Source: Minisyncoccota bacterium (GTDB taxonomy: Bacteria > Patescibacteriota > Minisyncoccia > Phycocordibacterales > UBA5272). From it: 56,559 nucleotides of DNA. Positions within the stretch are counted from its first letter, which is position 1. Each line of letters opens with the position of its first letter. A program made the translations under genes and the position numbers. Shown one piece after another: positions 8,085-17,005 of this stretch. Below the pieces are notes generated by a model. The model saw nothing but the letters and a program-made list of their open reading frames with translations. It had not been told where the DNA came from and made no database searches. The stretch lies in assembly GCA_018062965.1 (NCBI GenBank), contig JAGORG010000006.1, positions 1-56,559 on the forward strand, read 5' to 3'.

Positions 8085-8205
8085 ACAATACAGTATATAT
8101 GTTCTAAGGGTGTTTGAGCGCTCTATGTGTCCACAGGGATATAAGCTTTATCTGGCGTATACTAAAGGTATATATTATTAGTAAAAACTTTATTAGACAC
8201 ACTCT

Positions 8206-10242
8206 ATGAAACTCATTGTTCGTATCCTTTCACTTATATATCAATATGCAACGGCATTTATTGTTATTGGGTCACCTCTCTTTTTTATTCCAGCGGCAAA
8301 CTTTACTCCAGACATTACGTACTACCTCATCATGACGCTTGCGGTTGCTATCGCTTTGTCTGCATACATAGTTCAAGCTTCTATCACAAAATCATGGCAT
8401 GCGATTTCTCGATTTGAGTTATTTGCATACGGTTCTTTCTCGCTTGCGGTTTTTCTCTCAACTGTTTTCTCAAGAGACATACAAGCAACATTGTTTGGAT
8501 ATGGAATCAATCCATTTACTGCAGCCTCACTACTTGCACTCCCTGCAATCATGTATCTCGTTCGAACACTGCCAGATACATTTAGAGACAAGCTTAAGCA
8601 GATACTTGTAGTTGTTCTTGCTGTTGCATCAGCGCTCTTTATCTTTTCGTTCATGATTCAAGGTGCATTCGGTCAAGCTCTCACTCGAGTGTTTTCAGGA
8701 TTCACAAGCTCACTCTCGCTCGCTACGTATGTAGGTTTGTTCGTTCTTGCTGTGGCTGTATATCTACGACGTTCAACGCTTCACATAAAACATAAAATCC
8801 CTGTAGGTTTGGGAGCGCTCGTGTTTGTGGTGCTTCTCGTTACGCTTGGCTACCAAGGAGATGTGCGTCCAAATATTTCAAGCTCTGCTGTTGTCGCGCG
8901 TGATGTATTGGTGAATCATGGCGTGTTTGGAATAGGGGCGGGAGACTATGCGCGTGCTTGGCAGTTGTATCGTCCAAGTAGTGTGATAGCTAGCGAGTAC
9001 TTTAATATTGATTTCAACCAAGGGTCGGGGACGCTTATGACATTCCTCTCTACTATCGGTATCGTTGGAACACTTGCGTTTCTATTTTTGACAGGAGGTG
9101 CGTGGGTTGCAACATACCGTGCATACAAAAAAGCACAAGCAGGTAAGGAACGTCTCATACTAGGGTTCTTGGCTCTCCTACTTGGGTACTTTACTATTCT
9201 TTCTGTTATTGTTCCGCTCTCATACGCGATGCTTGTTGTGTGGATGGTGATAGCTGGATTTGGTATCGCACGACTACCTCTTGATCATATGTATGCAAGT
9301 AAAAAAATTGCATACGTACTTGTTCCGCTTACGGTGCTTGTACTTGGTCATACATATATGACAACCAACAAGGCGCTCGCCATGAACGTCTACATGCAAG
9401 CACAAAAAGAGTTGACTGAAAAAGGTCCAACAGACCAGGCGGAAACTCTTCTTGCTCGTGCTGCAGCACTCTCTTCATTTGATGGTTTTTATAGAACACA
9501 AGTAGAATACGCAATTGCTCGCGAGCGTGCTCTTCTTTCAAGCACTGAACTAAGTGAAGAAGAGGTTCGTACAAAGTATCTTGAGAAAGCTCAGTACGCT
9601 GTTGACGCCGGTCTTGCAGCTGTGAAAGCTAACCCAAACAACTATCAGAACTATGTGTCACTTGGGCGCGCATACGAACTCGCTGTACCTTTTGATAAAA
9701 CAGCTGGGTACGATAACGCAAAGAAGTCATACCAAGAAGCTATTCGTCTCTATCCAAATAATCCATATCTGTATGTGATGCTCGCTCGCCTTGAGGCTTC
9801 AGCTGGAACAAAAGAAGGGGTACGTGTTCACCTTGGAGAAGCTCTCGGTAAGAAGCAAAACTTTGCAGATGCGCTCTATCTCATGAGTCAACTCGAAGTT
9901 TCAGAAGAACGTCTAGAAGAAGCTCTTGCGTATGCTGTTGAAGCAGTAAAGGCTGCACCAAATGATCCAAACGTATATATCCAAGCAGGACTTCTTTTCT
10001 ACGCAAAGAAGGATTACCAAAATGCAGTAGCTGCACTCGACCGAGCGCTTGCTCTTGAACCAGCGAATGCAAACACTGCTTACTTCTTGGCACTCTCTCT
10101 TCGAGATGGGGGACAGGTTGATATTGCAAAACAAATCGGTGAAGAGCTCCTCAAGCGAAATCCTGGCAATGCAGATCTTGAAGCTTTTCTATCATCAGTT
10201 GAATCTCAGCCATTGACGGCAACGACAACTCCAAAGAAGTAA
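8206..10242 (+). CDS. O-antigen ligase/polymerase-like membrane protein with C-terminal TPR repeats
   Basis: About 12 TM segments, FGIGAGDYARAW loop motif, C-terminal third made of TPR-like repeats. Confidence 0.65.
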   Translation: MKLIVRILSLIYQYATAFIVIGSPLFFIPAANFTPDITYYLIMTLAVAIALSAYIVQASITKSWHAISRFELFAYGSFSLAVFLSTVFSRDIQATLFGYGINPFTAASLLALPAIMYLVRTLPDTFRDKLKQILVVVLAVASALFIFSFMIQGAFGQALTRVFSGFTSSLSLATYVGLFVLAVAVYLRRSTLHIKHKIPVGLGALVFVVLLVTLGYQGDVRPNISSSAVVARDVLVNHGVFGIGAGDYARAWQLYRPSSVIASEYFNIDFNQGSGTLMTFLSTIGIVGTLAFLFLTGGAWVATYRAYKKAQAGKERLILGFLALLLGYFTILSVIVPLSYAMLVVWMVIAGFGIARLPLDHMYASKKIAYVLVPLTVLVLGHTYMTTNKALAMNVYMQAQKELTEKGPTDQAETLLARAAALSSFDGFYRTQVEYAIARERALLSSTELSEEEVRTKYLEKAQYAVDAGLAAVKANPNNYQNYVSLGRAYELAVPFDKTAGYDNAKKSYQEAIRLYPNNPYLYVMLARLEASAGTKEGVRVHLGEALGKKQNFADALYLMSQLEVSEERLEEALAYAVEAVKAAPNDPNVYIQAGLLFYAKKDYQNAVAALDRALALEPANANTAYFLALSLRDGGQVDIAKQIGEELLKRNPGNADLEAFLSSVESQPLTATTTPKK

Positions 10243-10248
10243 CTAACG

Positions 10249-10989
10249 ATGAATCTTACCGAGATTAAACATGCAGTAGAAAAAATAGTAGCCCTTAACC
10301 CTGGTATCACCAAGGAGCGTCTTACGACGCTCCTTGTGGCGTCTGGGTGGGAGATGGGATCTATCCAAGAAGCTCTTGTTCTCTACGAAACTATCACTCC
10401 TGACTTACCAGCGCCACATGTTATTGCAGAAGATTATCGTATCTCTGAACATACAACTACATTACCAAAAGATGATATAGTTTCGCTCTCCGAACCAGAA
10501 GTAATATCAACTATAGCCGAGGAGGTTTACACGGCGCCAACTGTCGAACCGATTGAAGTGGTTCACGTAGAACAACAAGTTACAGAACCTATACAAGAAG
10601 AACCCCAGTCACGTATTCCTGAAACACTTCAAGAAGAAACACCTAGTTCCAAAAAAGAAGCCCCTGAAATTCCTGACGAGTTACCACTTCGACCATTTGA
10701 AGGGTCTCCACATGTGTGGTCGTTCTCAAAATATAAAGCTCTTTTTTCTGGAGATGTAGCACCGGAACTAGAAGTGCAGATTGTCCCACCACCACTTCCT
10801 CAAGTGATGGAACCTGTTACAGTTCATCGTGAAGAGGTGGTTCATCAGCATGTGCACGTCACTGTTCCGGTTGTTTTTAAACCAGAACCTTTGTCACAAA
10901 AAGACAAGCAGCTTGTTATAACGGCAAGCGTGCTACTTCTTGTTATACTGTTAATGCTTTGGTATATGTACTCTCAAGGTAGAATATAA
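10249..10989 (+). CDS. hypothetical Pro/Glu-rich protein with C-terminal TM anchor
   Basis: 246-aa ORF starting 6 nt after the previous stop. C-terminal VITASVLLLVILLMLWYMY. Confidence 0.65.
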   Translation: MNLTEIKHAVEKIVALNPGITKERLTTLLVASGWEMGSIQEALVLYETITPDLPAPHVIAEDYRISEHTTTLPKDDIVSLSEPEVISTIAEEVYTAPTVEPIEVVHVEQQVTEPIQEEPQSRIPETLQEETPSSKKEAPEIPDELPLRPFEGSPHVWSFSKYKALFSGDVAPELEVQIVPPPLPQVMEPVTVHREEVVHQHVHVTVPVVFKPEPLSQKDKQLVITASVLLLVILLMLWYMYSQGRI

Positions 10990-11054
10990 GTATCATACGT
11001 ATTAGCTTGTATGATTCGACGGGCATAGTTATTAAATAATCTATTTACTATAGT

Positions 11055-11849
11055 ATGGAAACTTTTGATTATAAAAAATGGATGTTTATCGCAGGTATGG
11101 TTGCATTATTTGCAGCTGCGTTTGCGGCGCTTGTGATAGGGATGACAACATGGAAGACCTCAAATCTTCCAGCAGGGCAGGTGCCAACAATAACAGTAGC
11201 CGGTGAAGGTGAAGTAACAGCAGCACCAGATATCGCAACAGTTAGTTTTACTATTCGTGAATCAGCAAAGACAGTTCCTGAAGCTCAAAAACTTGTTGAA
11301 GAAAAAACAACTAAAGTTTTGGCTGAATTAAGTGCGCTTTCAATTGAAAAGAAAGATACTAAAACAGTTTCGTATACAGTTAACCCAAAGTATGAGTATG
11401 TAAGTGTTCCGCAAGGAGGCGTTATGTATCCTGGAGCATCTAACCAAAAAATAGTTGGATACGAAGTCGCTCAGACAATGGAGGTTAAGGTTCGTAACGT
11501 TGGTGGAGCGGGTGACGTAATCGGTGCTATTGGAAATACTAACATCACAGAAATCTACGGTCCAAACTTTACACTTGATGATCCAGAAAAAGCAACTGCA
11601 GAAGCTAAGGAAAAAGCTATCAAACAAGCTGAAGAAAAAGCAAAGAGCATAGCAAAGTCACTCGGGGTATCACTCGGATCAATCGTTGCCTACAACGAGG
11701 ATAACGGTGGGTACTATCCGATGTACTATGCACGTGACGCTGTCATGAGTTCTAGTGTTGGAAAGGGTGGAGCTGCGCCTGAAGTTTCTCTTCCAGCAGG
11801 TGAAAATGTGATTAAGGTGCGTGTAAATGTGACATACTCTCTTCGGTAG
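11055..11849 (+). CDS. SIMPL (DUF541) domain protein
   Basis: ITVAGEGEVTAAPDIATVSFTI...YEVAQTMEVKV...KAIKQAEEKAKSIAKSLG pattern. Confidence 0.65.
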   Translation: METFDYKKWMFIAGMVALFAAAFAALVIGMTTWKTSNLPAGQVPTITVAGEGEVTAAPDIATVSFTIRESAKTVPEAQKLVEEKTTKVLAELSALSIEKKDTKTVSYTVNPKYEYVSVPQGGVMYPGASNQKIVGYEVAQTMEVKVRNVGGAGDVIGAIGNTNITEIYGPNFTLDDPEKATAEAKEKAIKQAEEKAKSIAKSLGVSLGSIVAYNEDNGGYYPMYYARDAVMSSSVGKGGAAPEVSLPAGENVIKVRVNVTYSLR

Positions 11850-11871
11850 TCTACTGCCCTAGAGTAAAAAT

Positions 11872-11903
11872 AAAGGGCGGGCACCTACGGTGCCCGCCCT
11901 TTA
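11872..11903 (+). terminator. rho-independent terminator
   Basis: aaagggcgggcacc-tacg-gtgcccgcccttt. Confidence 0.8.
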
Positions 11904-11921
11904 TGTACACCTTGATGTCTA

Positions 11922-11950
11922 TTGACTTTTATGTCAAAGCACGATATAAT
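11922..11950 (+). promoter_or_regulatory. consensus sigma70-type promoter TTGACT-N17-TATAAT
   Basis: Exact hexamers with a 17-nt spacer, followed by the hairpin gccctcgggggc plus a T-run at 11964-11985. Confidence 0.6.
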
Positions 11951-12012
11951 TGAGAGATATAAATGCCCTCGGGGGCGTTTTTTAGAATAAGGTTTTCTTA
12001 TATACGTACACT

Positions 12013-12198
12013 ATGTCTTCATTCATTGCATATCTCAAAGCTACAAAAGAAGAACTTAAAGAAGTTCGTTTTCCTACTATTCCAACAACAATCTCATATA
12101 CGATTATTGTTATCGTTGTATCTGTTGCAATAGCAGTACTTCTCGGAGCTGTTGACCTTGGACTCAAGGAAGCAGTTGCAAAACTTATTATCAAATAA
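12013..12198 (+). CDS. secE: preprotein translocase subunit SecE
   Basis: 61 aa with KEELKEVRFPT plus a single TM. Located upstream of nusG. Confidence 0.85.
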   Translation: MSSFIAYLKATKEELKEVRFPTIPTTISYTIIVIVVSVAIAVLLGAVDLGLKEAVAKLIIK

Positions 12199-12246
12199 AT
12201 AACAACTAGTACGAGTTCACCTCTGTAGTAGTTACTATCTATCACC

Positions 12247-12792
12247 ATGGCTAAACAAGAATTTACAGGAGAGCGTCACTGGTACGCAATCCATACATAC
12301 AGTGGATACGAAAACGCGGTGCAGCGTAACTTGAAGCAGCGTATCGAGTCTCTTGGTATGGAAAACAAAATATTTGCCGTTGTTGTTCCAGTTGAAAAGA
12401 AGATTAAAATAAAAGGAACTAAGCGCGTTGAGGTTGAAGAAAAGGTATACCCTGGATACGTACTGGTTGATATGATCGTGGATGACAACAGTTGGTACGT
12501 TGTACGTAACACACCTCGCGTGACTGGATTCGTTGGAGCGGGGACTACACCAGTTCCACTTACTCAAAAAGAAATCGATTTCCTCTTCTCTCGTATGAAC
12601 ACAGGAGAAGTAGAACACGACATCACTATGGATGTAGGGGAGCTTGTATCTATTGTGGATGGTCCGTTTAAGGAATTTGAAGGAAAAGTATCTGAAGTCG
12701 ACAAAGCTCGTGGAAAACTCAAAGTTCTCGTCAATATGTTTGGGCGAGAGACTCCTGTTGAGCTAGACTTCCTTCAAGTTAAAAAGATATAA
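12247..12792 (+). CDS. nusG: transcription termination/antitermination factor NusG
   Basis: HWYAIHTYSGYENAV... NGN domain plus a C-terminal KOW (VSIVDGPFKEFEGKV). Confidence 0.9.
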   Translation: MAKQEFTGERHWYAIHTYSGYENAVQRNLKQRIESLGMENKIFAVVVPVEKKIKIKGTKRVEVEEKVYPGYVLVDMIVDDNSWYVVRNTPRVTGFVGAGTTPVPLTQKEIDFLFSRMNTGEVEHDITMDVGELVSIVDGPFKEFEGKVSEVDKARGKLKVLVNMFGRETPVELDFLQVKKI

Positions 12793-12808
12793 AAGCCATA
12801 CCTTGCCT

Positions 12809-12897
12809 CACTTACTTTGTTGTGGGTCCCGGTTTACTCAGTCAACGTACTAAATGTACGTCTCCATCGTAAACCTCCCCACGCCTCGTAATTGAAG
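12809..12897 (+). ncRNA. conserved structured intergenic motif, copy 1
   Basis: Nested stems gtggg/cccac, ggtttac/gtaaacc and acgtac/gtacgt. Same architecture and flanks as 31721-31808, with compensatory changes. Confidence 0.5.
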
Positions 12898-12922
12898 CAA
12901 CTTCTGACTTTTATAGATACGG

Positions 12923-12951
12923 TTGTCAAAACCTACAAAACCTGATAGAAT
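12923..12951 (+). promoter_or_regulatory. promoter TTGTCA-N17-(TGa)TAGAAT for rplK
   Basis: Hexamers with 17-nt spacing, 23 nt upstream of ATG 12975. Confidence 0.55.
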
Positions 12952-12974
12952 AAGCAAACTTTTTAAACCACATT

Positions 12975-13388
12975 ATGGCAGCAAAGAAAATTACAAAATA
13001 CGTAAAGGTTCAGATTGAAGCCGGCAAAGCAATGCCTGCTCCACCACTTGGTCCCGCCCTTGGGCAGGCTGGTGTTCAGATTGGGGATTTCGTTCAGAAA
13101 TTCAACGCTGCAACAAAAGACATGCAGGGTCGTCTTTCTGTAAAGATCTATGTATACGAAGATCGTACATACGATTTCGTTATCAAAACTCCAACAGCTA
13201 CATCTCTTGTTATGAAAGCAGCAAACGTTGCAAAAGGTAACTCAAAGGGAAATGCTGGAACAATCTCGTCTGACAAGATTCGTGAAATCGCAGAACTTAA
13301 ACTCAAAGACCTTACTGCTCACACAGTGGAACAGGCTATGAAGATTATCGAGGGAACTGCTCGTTCAATCGGTATCAAAGTAAAGTAG
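12975..13388 (+). CDS. rplK: 50S ribosomal protein L11
   Basis: KVQIEAGKAMPAPPLGPALGQAGV... canonical uL11. Confidence 0.95.
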   Translation: MAAKKITKYVKVQIEAGKAMPAPPLGPALGQAGVQIGDFVQKFNAATKDMQGRLSVKIYVYEDRTYDFVIKTPTATSLVMKAANVAKGNSKGNAGTISSDKIREIAELKLKDLTAHTVEQAMKIIEGTARSIGIKVK

Positions 13389-13393
13389 TCATA

Positions 13394-13426
13394 AAAATAC
13401 CCGCACCTCGCGGGTATTTTTATTTT
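13394..13426 (+). terminator. rho-independent terminator after rplK
   Basis: aaaatacccgc-acct-cgcgggtatttttatttt. Confidence 0.8.
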
Positions 13427-13502
13427 ATGGTAGTGTACTTGTGTACGCTCACACGTAAGTGTGTTTATTAACAAAGTTCTTTGCCCAAGGAGGGCGATTA
13501 TC

Positions 13503-14120
13503 ATGAAAGAGTTCGAAAAAGGTATTCCCCTTCAATGGGTTCCGGGTACCAATCCAAGTGTCCTCAGCAAAATGTTTCCTCACAAACTTCGCTTAGACTA
13601 TGAAAGACCAACTCGGCTTGATGTTGAAGCGCAAAAAGTAATCATTATTTCGCGGAGAGCAACTTGCCTCTTCTATGAAGTTGGTTCCACCATCTTTCAT
13701 GTGAAGGACGGTAACTTTTTTCATCTATCCGATGGCTATAACGGCCCTGCGAAAGGTGATGTTGATCCCCGTTATGCAGGTTGTGCACGGGTAGTAAATG
13801 GTGAATTGAAACAAGGTCAGGGGTTCTGCCGTGGTTCTCACTCTGAACTCAACAGTATTGGTAACAGTCCTGTCGACACGAGTCTTTACGATGACGTGCG
13901 GATGATGGTGACTCTTCATCCGTGCCACACATGTGCCAAGCAGATTGTGAACCGTGGCATCGGCACTGTCTACTACATCTGGGAGTACGGTCGCGAAGAG
14001 TTTGTTACAGAATATCTTCGTTCTAAAGGTGTGAAGGTTGAGCGCTACACTTCACCACTTCTTGAAAAATGGATAGAACTCAATGGCTATCAAGCGGTTG
14101 GATCCTGTTGTGGGCACTAA
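13503..14120 (+). CDS. deoxycytidylate (dCMP) deaminase
   Basis: Zn motifs HSELNSI and PCHTCAKQI. ATG 13503 follows the SD AAGGAGGG (13487-13494). Confidence 0.8.
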   Translation: MKEFEKGIPLQWVPGTNPSVLSKMFPHKLRLDYERPTRLDVEAQKVIIISRRATCLFYEVGSTIFHVKDGNFFHLSDGYNGPAKGDVDPRYAGCARVVNGELKQGQGFCRGSHSELNSIGNSPVDTSLYDDVRMMVTLHPCHTCAKQIVNRGIGTVYYIWEYGREEFVTEYLRSKGVKVERYTSPLLEKWIELNGYQAVGSCCGH

Positions 14121-14133
14121 CTAGCGATATTCA

Positions 14134-14162
14134 AAAAACTCGTTCTCGGACGAGTTTTTTTG
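14134..14162 (+). terminator. rho-independent terminator
   Basis: aaaaactcgt-tctcgg-acgagttttttt. Confidence 0.75.
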
Positions 14163-14175
14163 TTACAATGTATAT

Positions 14176-14595
14176 ATGAAACTCAAAATTAAAAAACTAC
14201 AACCAGAAGCTGTCTTACCGACATTTGCTTTAGAAAAAGATTCCGGTATTGATATGTTTGCATGTGGAGTTCAGACACTTCAACCTGGAGAGCTTAAGAA
14301 AATTTCTACTGGTGTTTCTATTCAGTTACCACCTGATCACGCGGGTCTTATTTGGGACAAATCAAGCGTTGGTTCAAAAGGTCTAAAAGTTTTTTGTGGC
14401 GTGTTTGATGAAGAGTATCGAGGTGAATATTTTATAGTAATAAAAAACTTTACAGATGCACCATATACATTTGAGCATGGGCAAAAGGTTGCACAGATGC
14501 TTATTCAAAAAATTGAACGACCAGAAATTATAGAGGTGGATGAACTTGACGCAACCGTACGTGGAGAAGGGGGTTTTGGAAGTACAGGAAAATAG
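14176..14595 (+). CDS. dut: dUTP diphosphatase
   Basis: 139 aa with GIDMFA, EYRGE and C-terminal RGEGGFGSTG motifs. Confidence 0.85.
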   Translation: MKLKIKKLQPEAVLPTFALEKDSGIDMFACGVQTLQPGELKKISTGVSIQLPPDHAGLIWDKSSVGSKGLKVFCGVFDEEYRGEYFIVIKNFTDAPYTFEHGQKVAQMLIQKIERPEIIEVDELDATVRGEGGFGSTGK

Positions 14596-14663
14596 TGTTT
14601 TGCTTTTGCATATAATTCCATGTAGGCTATAGATGGATTGTTTTTAACCAACAGGAGATTGAC

Positions 14664-15194
14664 ATGTTTGAAGGTAAAAAGGTTATCACTATTGGAGCTT
14701 TTTCAAAAGATTTTGCTGTGTATAGCAAAAACGGTGGTATTCCGTGGAGGATCCCCGAAGAGCAGCAACACTTCAAAGCAAAAACAATGGGACACGCTGT
14801 GATTATGGGGCGAAAGTCCTGGGAGTCACTTCCTTCCAAAATGCGTCCGCTTCCTGGACGAGAGAATGTTGTTATTACAAGGAGTAAAGATTTTGAAGCC
14901 GATGGTGCTCGAGTTGTGACCTCGCTTGAAGAAGCAATTCATACAGCTGATTCAGAAACTGTGTTTGTGACTGGCGGTCGCAACTTCTGGATTCCGGCGA
15001 TGGATTTTGCTGATGAGGCATGGATTACGGTTGTTCACATACAACAACCTGAAACTGAAGAAGTGCTTCTTCATGCAACGGAGATGCTTCACCTCCAGTT
15101 GTACTGGCCACAGTTTGAACTGTATCAAGTCGATAGAAAACAACCTACTGAGTCAACTCCAGGTTACGATGTTCAACATTGGATACGGCAGTAA
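14664..15194 (+). CDS. folA: dihydrofolate reductase
   Basis: GGIPWRIPEEQQHFKAKTMGHAVIMGRKSWESLP...LPGRENVVITRS. SD AGGAGA lies 5 nt upstream. Confidence 0.85.
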   Translation: MFEGKKVITIGAFSKDFAVYSKNGGIPWRIPEEQQHFKAKTMGHAVIMGRKSWESLPSKMRPLPGRENVVITRSKDFEADGARVVTSLEEAIHTADSETVFVTGGRNFWIPAMDFADEAWITVVHIQQPETEEVLLHATEMLHLQLYWPQFELYQVDRKQPTESTPGYDVQHWIRQ

Positions 15195-15196
15195 AT

Positions 15197-15227
15197 AAAA
15201 ACCCCGCGTAATGCGGGGTTGTTTTTT
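15197..15227. terminator. bidirectional terminator between convergent folA and thyA
   Basis: aaaaaccccgc-gtaat-gcggggtt-gtttttt. Confidence 0.8.
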
Positions 15228-16131
15228 ACTTGGCGACATCACCTTTGATGTGTGGATGGGCTTCATAGCCCTCAAACACAAAGTCCTCAAATACGAAATC
15301 CTCAATCCTTTTTCGTGGATTCAACTTAAACGTAGGAAGTGGATACGCTCTACGTGACAGTTGTAGCTCACATTGGCGAAAGTGGTTACTGTAAATGTGG
15401 CAATCGCCACCTGTCCAAATGAAGTCCCCAACTTCGAAGTCACACTGTTGTGCAACGATGTGCGTAAGCATTGCATAGCTTGCGATGTTGAATGGAACAC
15501 CCAAGAACCAGTCAGCGCTACGTTGATACAGCTTACAAGAAAGTCTACCTCCTGCAACATAGAACTGAAAGAATGCGTGACAGGGCATGAGGGACATTTT
15601 GTCGAGTTGTGCAACATTCCATGCGCTTATAAGCATTCTTCGTGAATCAGGGTTATTGCGGAGAATCTCAAGAACGCAAGCTAGCTGGTCGATAGTGTTT
15701 CCGTCATAGGTGGGCCATGCCCGCCACTGTTCGCCGTACACTGGGCCAAGCTCTCCACCTTTTTGTGCCCATTCGTCCCAAATGGTTACGCCGCGTTCCT
15801 TGAGCCAGTTGTTATTTGTCATACCGTTCATTATCCAGATGAGTTCGTGGGTGATCGCTTTTGTGTTGAGTTTTTTTGTTGTTATCAAAGGAAAGCCTTT
15901 TCGCAGGTCAAACCTCATCTGCAAACCAAACTTACTGATTGTCCCTGTGCCAGTACGATCCGTCTTGGGTGTACCGTTTGAGTAGATGTCGGCCATGCAG
16001 TCTTCGTAGGGACCTTGACCTGGGACAAAGCCAAGTTCATCAAGTGACTTCCGTGACGCAAATGCAGCAAGAGCATTTGTGCGTGCACGTTCAAATTTTT
16101 CCTGGGTGACAAGATTATGTTCGTAGTCCAT
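15226..16131 (-). CDS. thyA: thymidylate synthase (ThyA type)
   Basis: [36 protein letters not shown] 16131 is preceded by GGAGG. Confidence 0.9.
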   Translation of the reverse strand: MDYEHNLVTQEKFERARTNALAAFASRKSLDELGFVPGQGPYEDCMADIYSNGTPKTDRTGTGTISKFGLQMRFDLRKGFPLITTKKLNTKAITHELIWIMNGMTNNNWLKERGVTIWDEWAQKGGELGPVYGEQWRAWPTYDGNTIDQLACVLEILRNNPDSRRMLISAWNVAQLDKMSLMPCHAFFQFYVAGGRLSCKLYQRSADWFLGVPFNIASYAMLTHIVAQQCDFEVGDFIWTGGDCHIYSNHFRQCELQLSRRAYPLPTFKLNPRKRIEDFVFEDFVFEGYEAHPHIKGDVAK

Positions 16132-16237
16132 GAAAACCTCCAAAGGTTACTGAAAAGATCTAAAGGATAACCTTGTTCACTGTACATGTTTTTTGTGGAC
16201 ATAACAAATATTGACAGTATGTTTACCTGTTGTAAAT

Positions 16238-16263
16238 AAAAATCGGCACCTGGGTGCCGATTT
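16238..16263 (-). terminator. terminator downstream of the second DHFR-like gene
   Basis: aaatcggcacc-cag-gtgccgattttt on the minus strand. Confidence 0.7.
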
Positions 16264-16276
16264 GGAAAAGTCTGTA

Positions 16277-16903
16277 TTACGCTTGCTTTGGTTTGAGGTA
16301 GTTACGAAACTCGAGCTGCACCTCGGCGGTACCCCACATATCTGTCATAGGAACACGCTCGCACTGCATGCCTGCAAATGTTTCATCACGAAGCAGCTCC
16401 GGAAGTCGACGAACCAAACCCTTTGTATGTGGACTCATAGCAACTGAGTCACACATCACGACGGTGATAAAAGCTGCATTGCAGAGTCCGCTCTTTAACC
16501 CTTCAAGCCAGACGGTCTCACCGCCAAACAGAAAGATATGCCCACAGTCTTTGAATTGCAGCGCTTGAGTAACAGCCTGGTGGATGTTCTGGGCAATGGC
16601 GGTACGGTTTTCACCATCTCGCCCTAGGTTAACGTCATGTTCCGTAAGTGTTTGAGACACAACGATAGTACGTCGTCCCGGGAGTGATCGTTTTCCGATT
16701 GAGTCAAATGTTCCACGTCCCATGATCAGTACGTTTTTTGTATCTGGAGCAAAGAGTGTGTTCCTTGTAATCAACACGAGTCGACCCATATCGAGCTTTA
16801 TAGCGCTTCGCCCTGTTTCGTTTGACCAGGGAAGATAGCTGCCGATACCAAAGACGCCATTTTGGTCAATGCCAGCAATGGGTGCAATAAGTCTGTCAGA
16901 CAT
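16277..16903 (-). CDS. second dihydrofolate reductase-like protein
   Basis: IAPIAGIDQNGVFG...LPW...VLIMGRGTFDSIGKRSLPGRRTIVVS is a DHFR-fold pattern. SD AAGGA upstream. Confidence 0.65.
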   Translation of the reverse strand: MSDRLIAPIAGIDQNGVFGIGSYLPWSNETGRSAIKLDMGRLVLITRNTLFAPDTKNVLIMGRGTFDSIGKRSLPGRRTIVVSQTLTEHDVNLGRDGENRTAIAQNIHQAVTQALQFKDCGHIFLFGGETVWLEGLKSGLCNAAFITVVMCDSVAMSPHTKGLVRRLPELLRDETFAGMQCERVPMTDMWGTAEVQLEFRNYLKPKQA

Positions 16904-17005
16904 GATGAATTCCTTTCAGTGAGGTTATATGAACTGTACTGTGCCCATCCTACACCAAATCGCTCATCTGTGAAAATGCCTTCAAATAAGGTAGTATTAG
17001 ATGAT

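Noticed and set aside
13503-14120. AvcD-like anti-phage deaminase
   Set aside because: The protein is only ~205 aa and lacks an N-terminal P-loop NTPase domain. Its context (dut, folA, thyA) points to dTMP synthesis.
16862-17005. Long N-terminal extension of ArgRS from the track ORF start
   Set aside because: It would overlap the convergent DHFR-like gene's 5' end. The extension has no ArgRS similarity. ATG 17006 has a -10-like box at the usual spacing.
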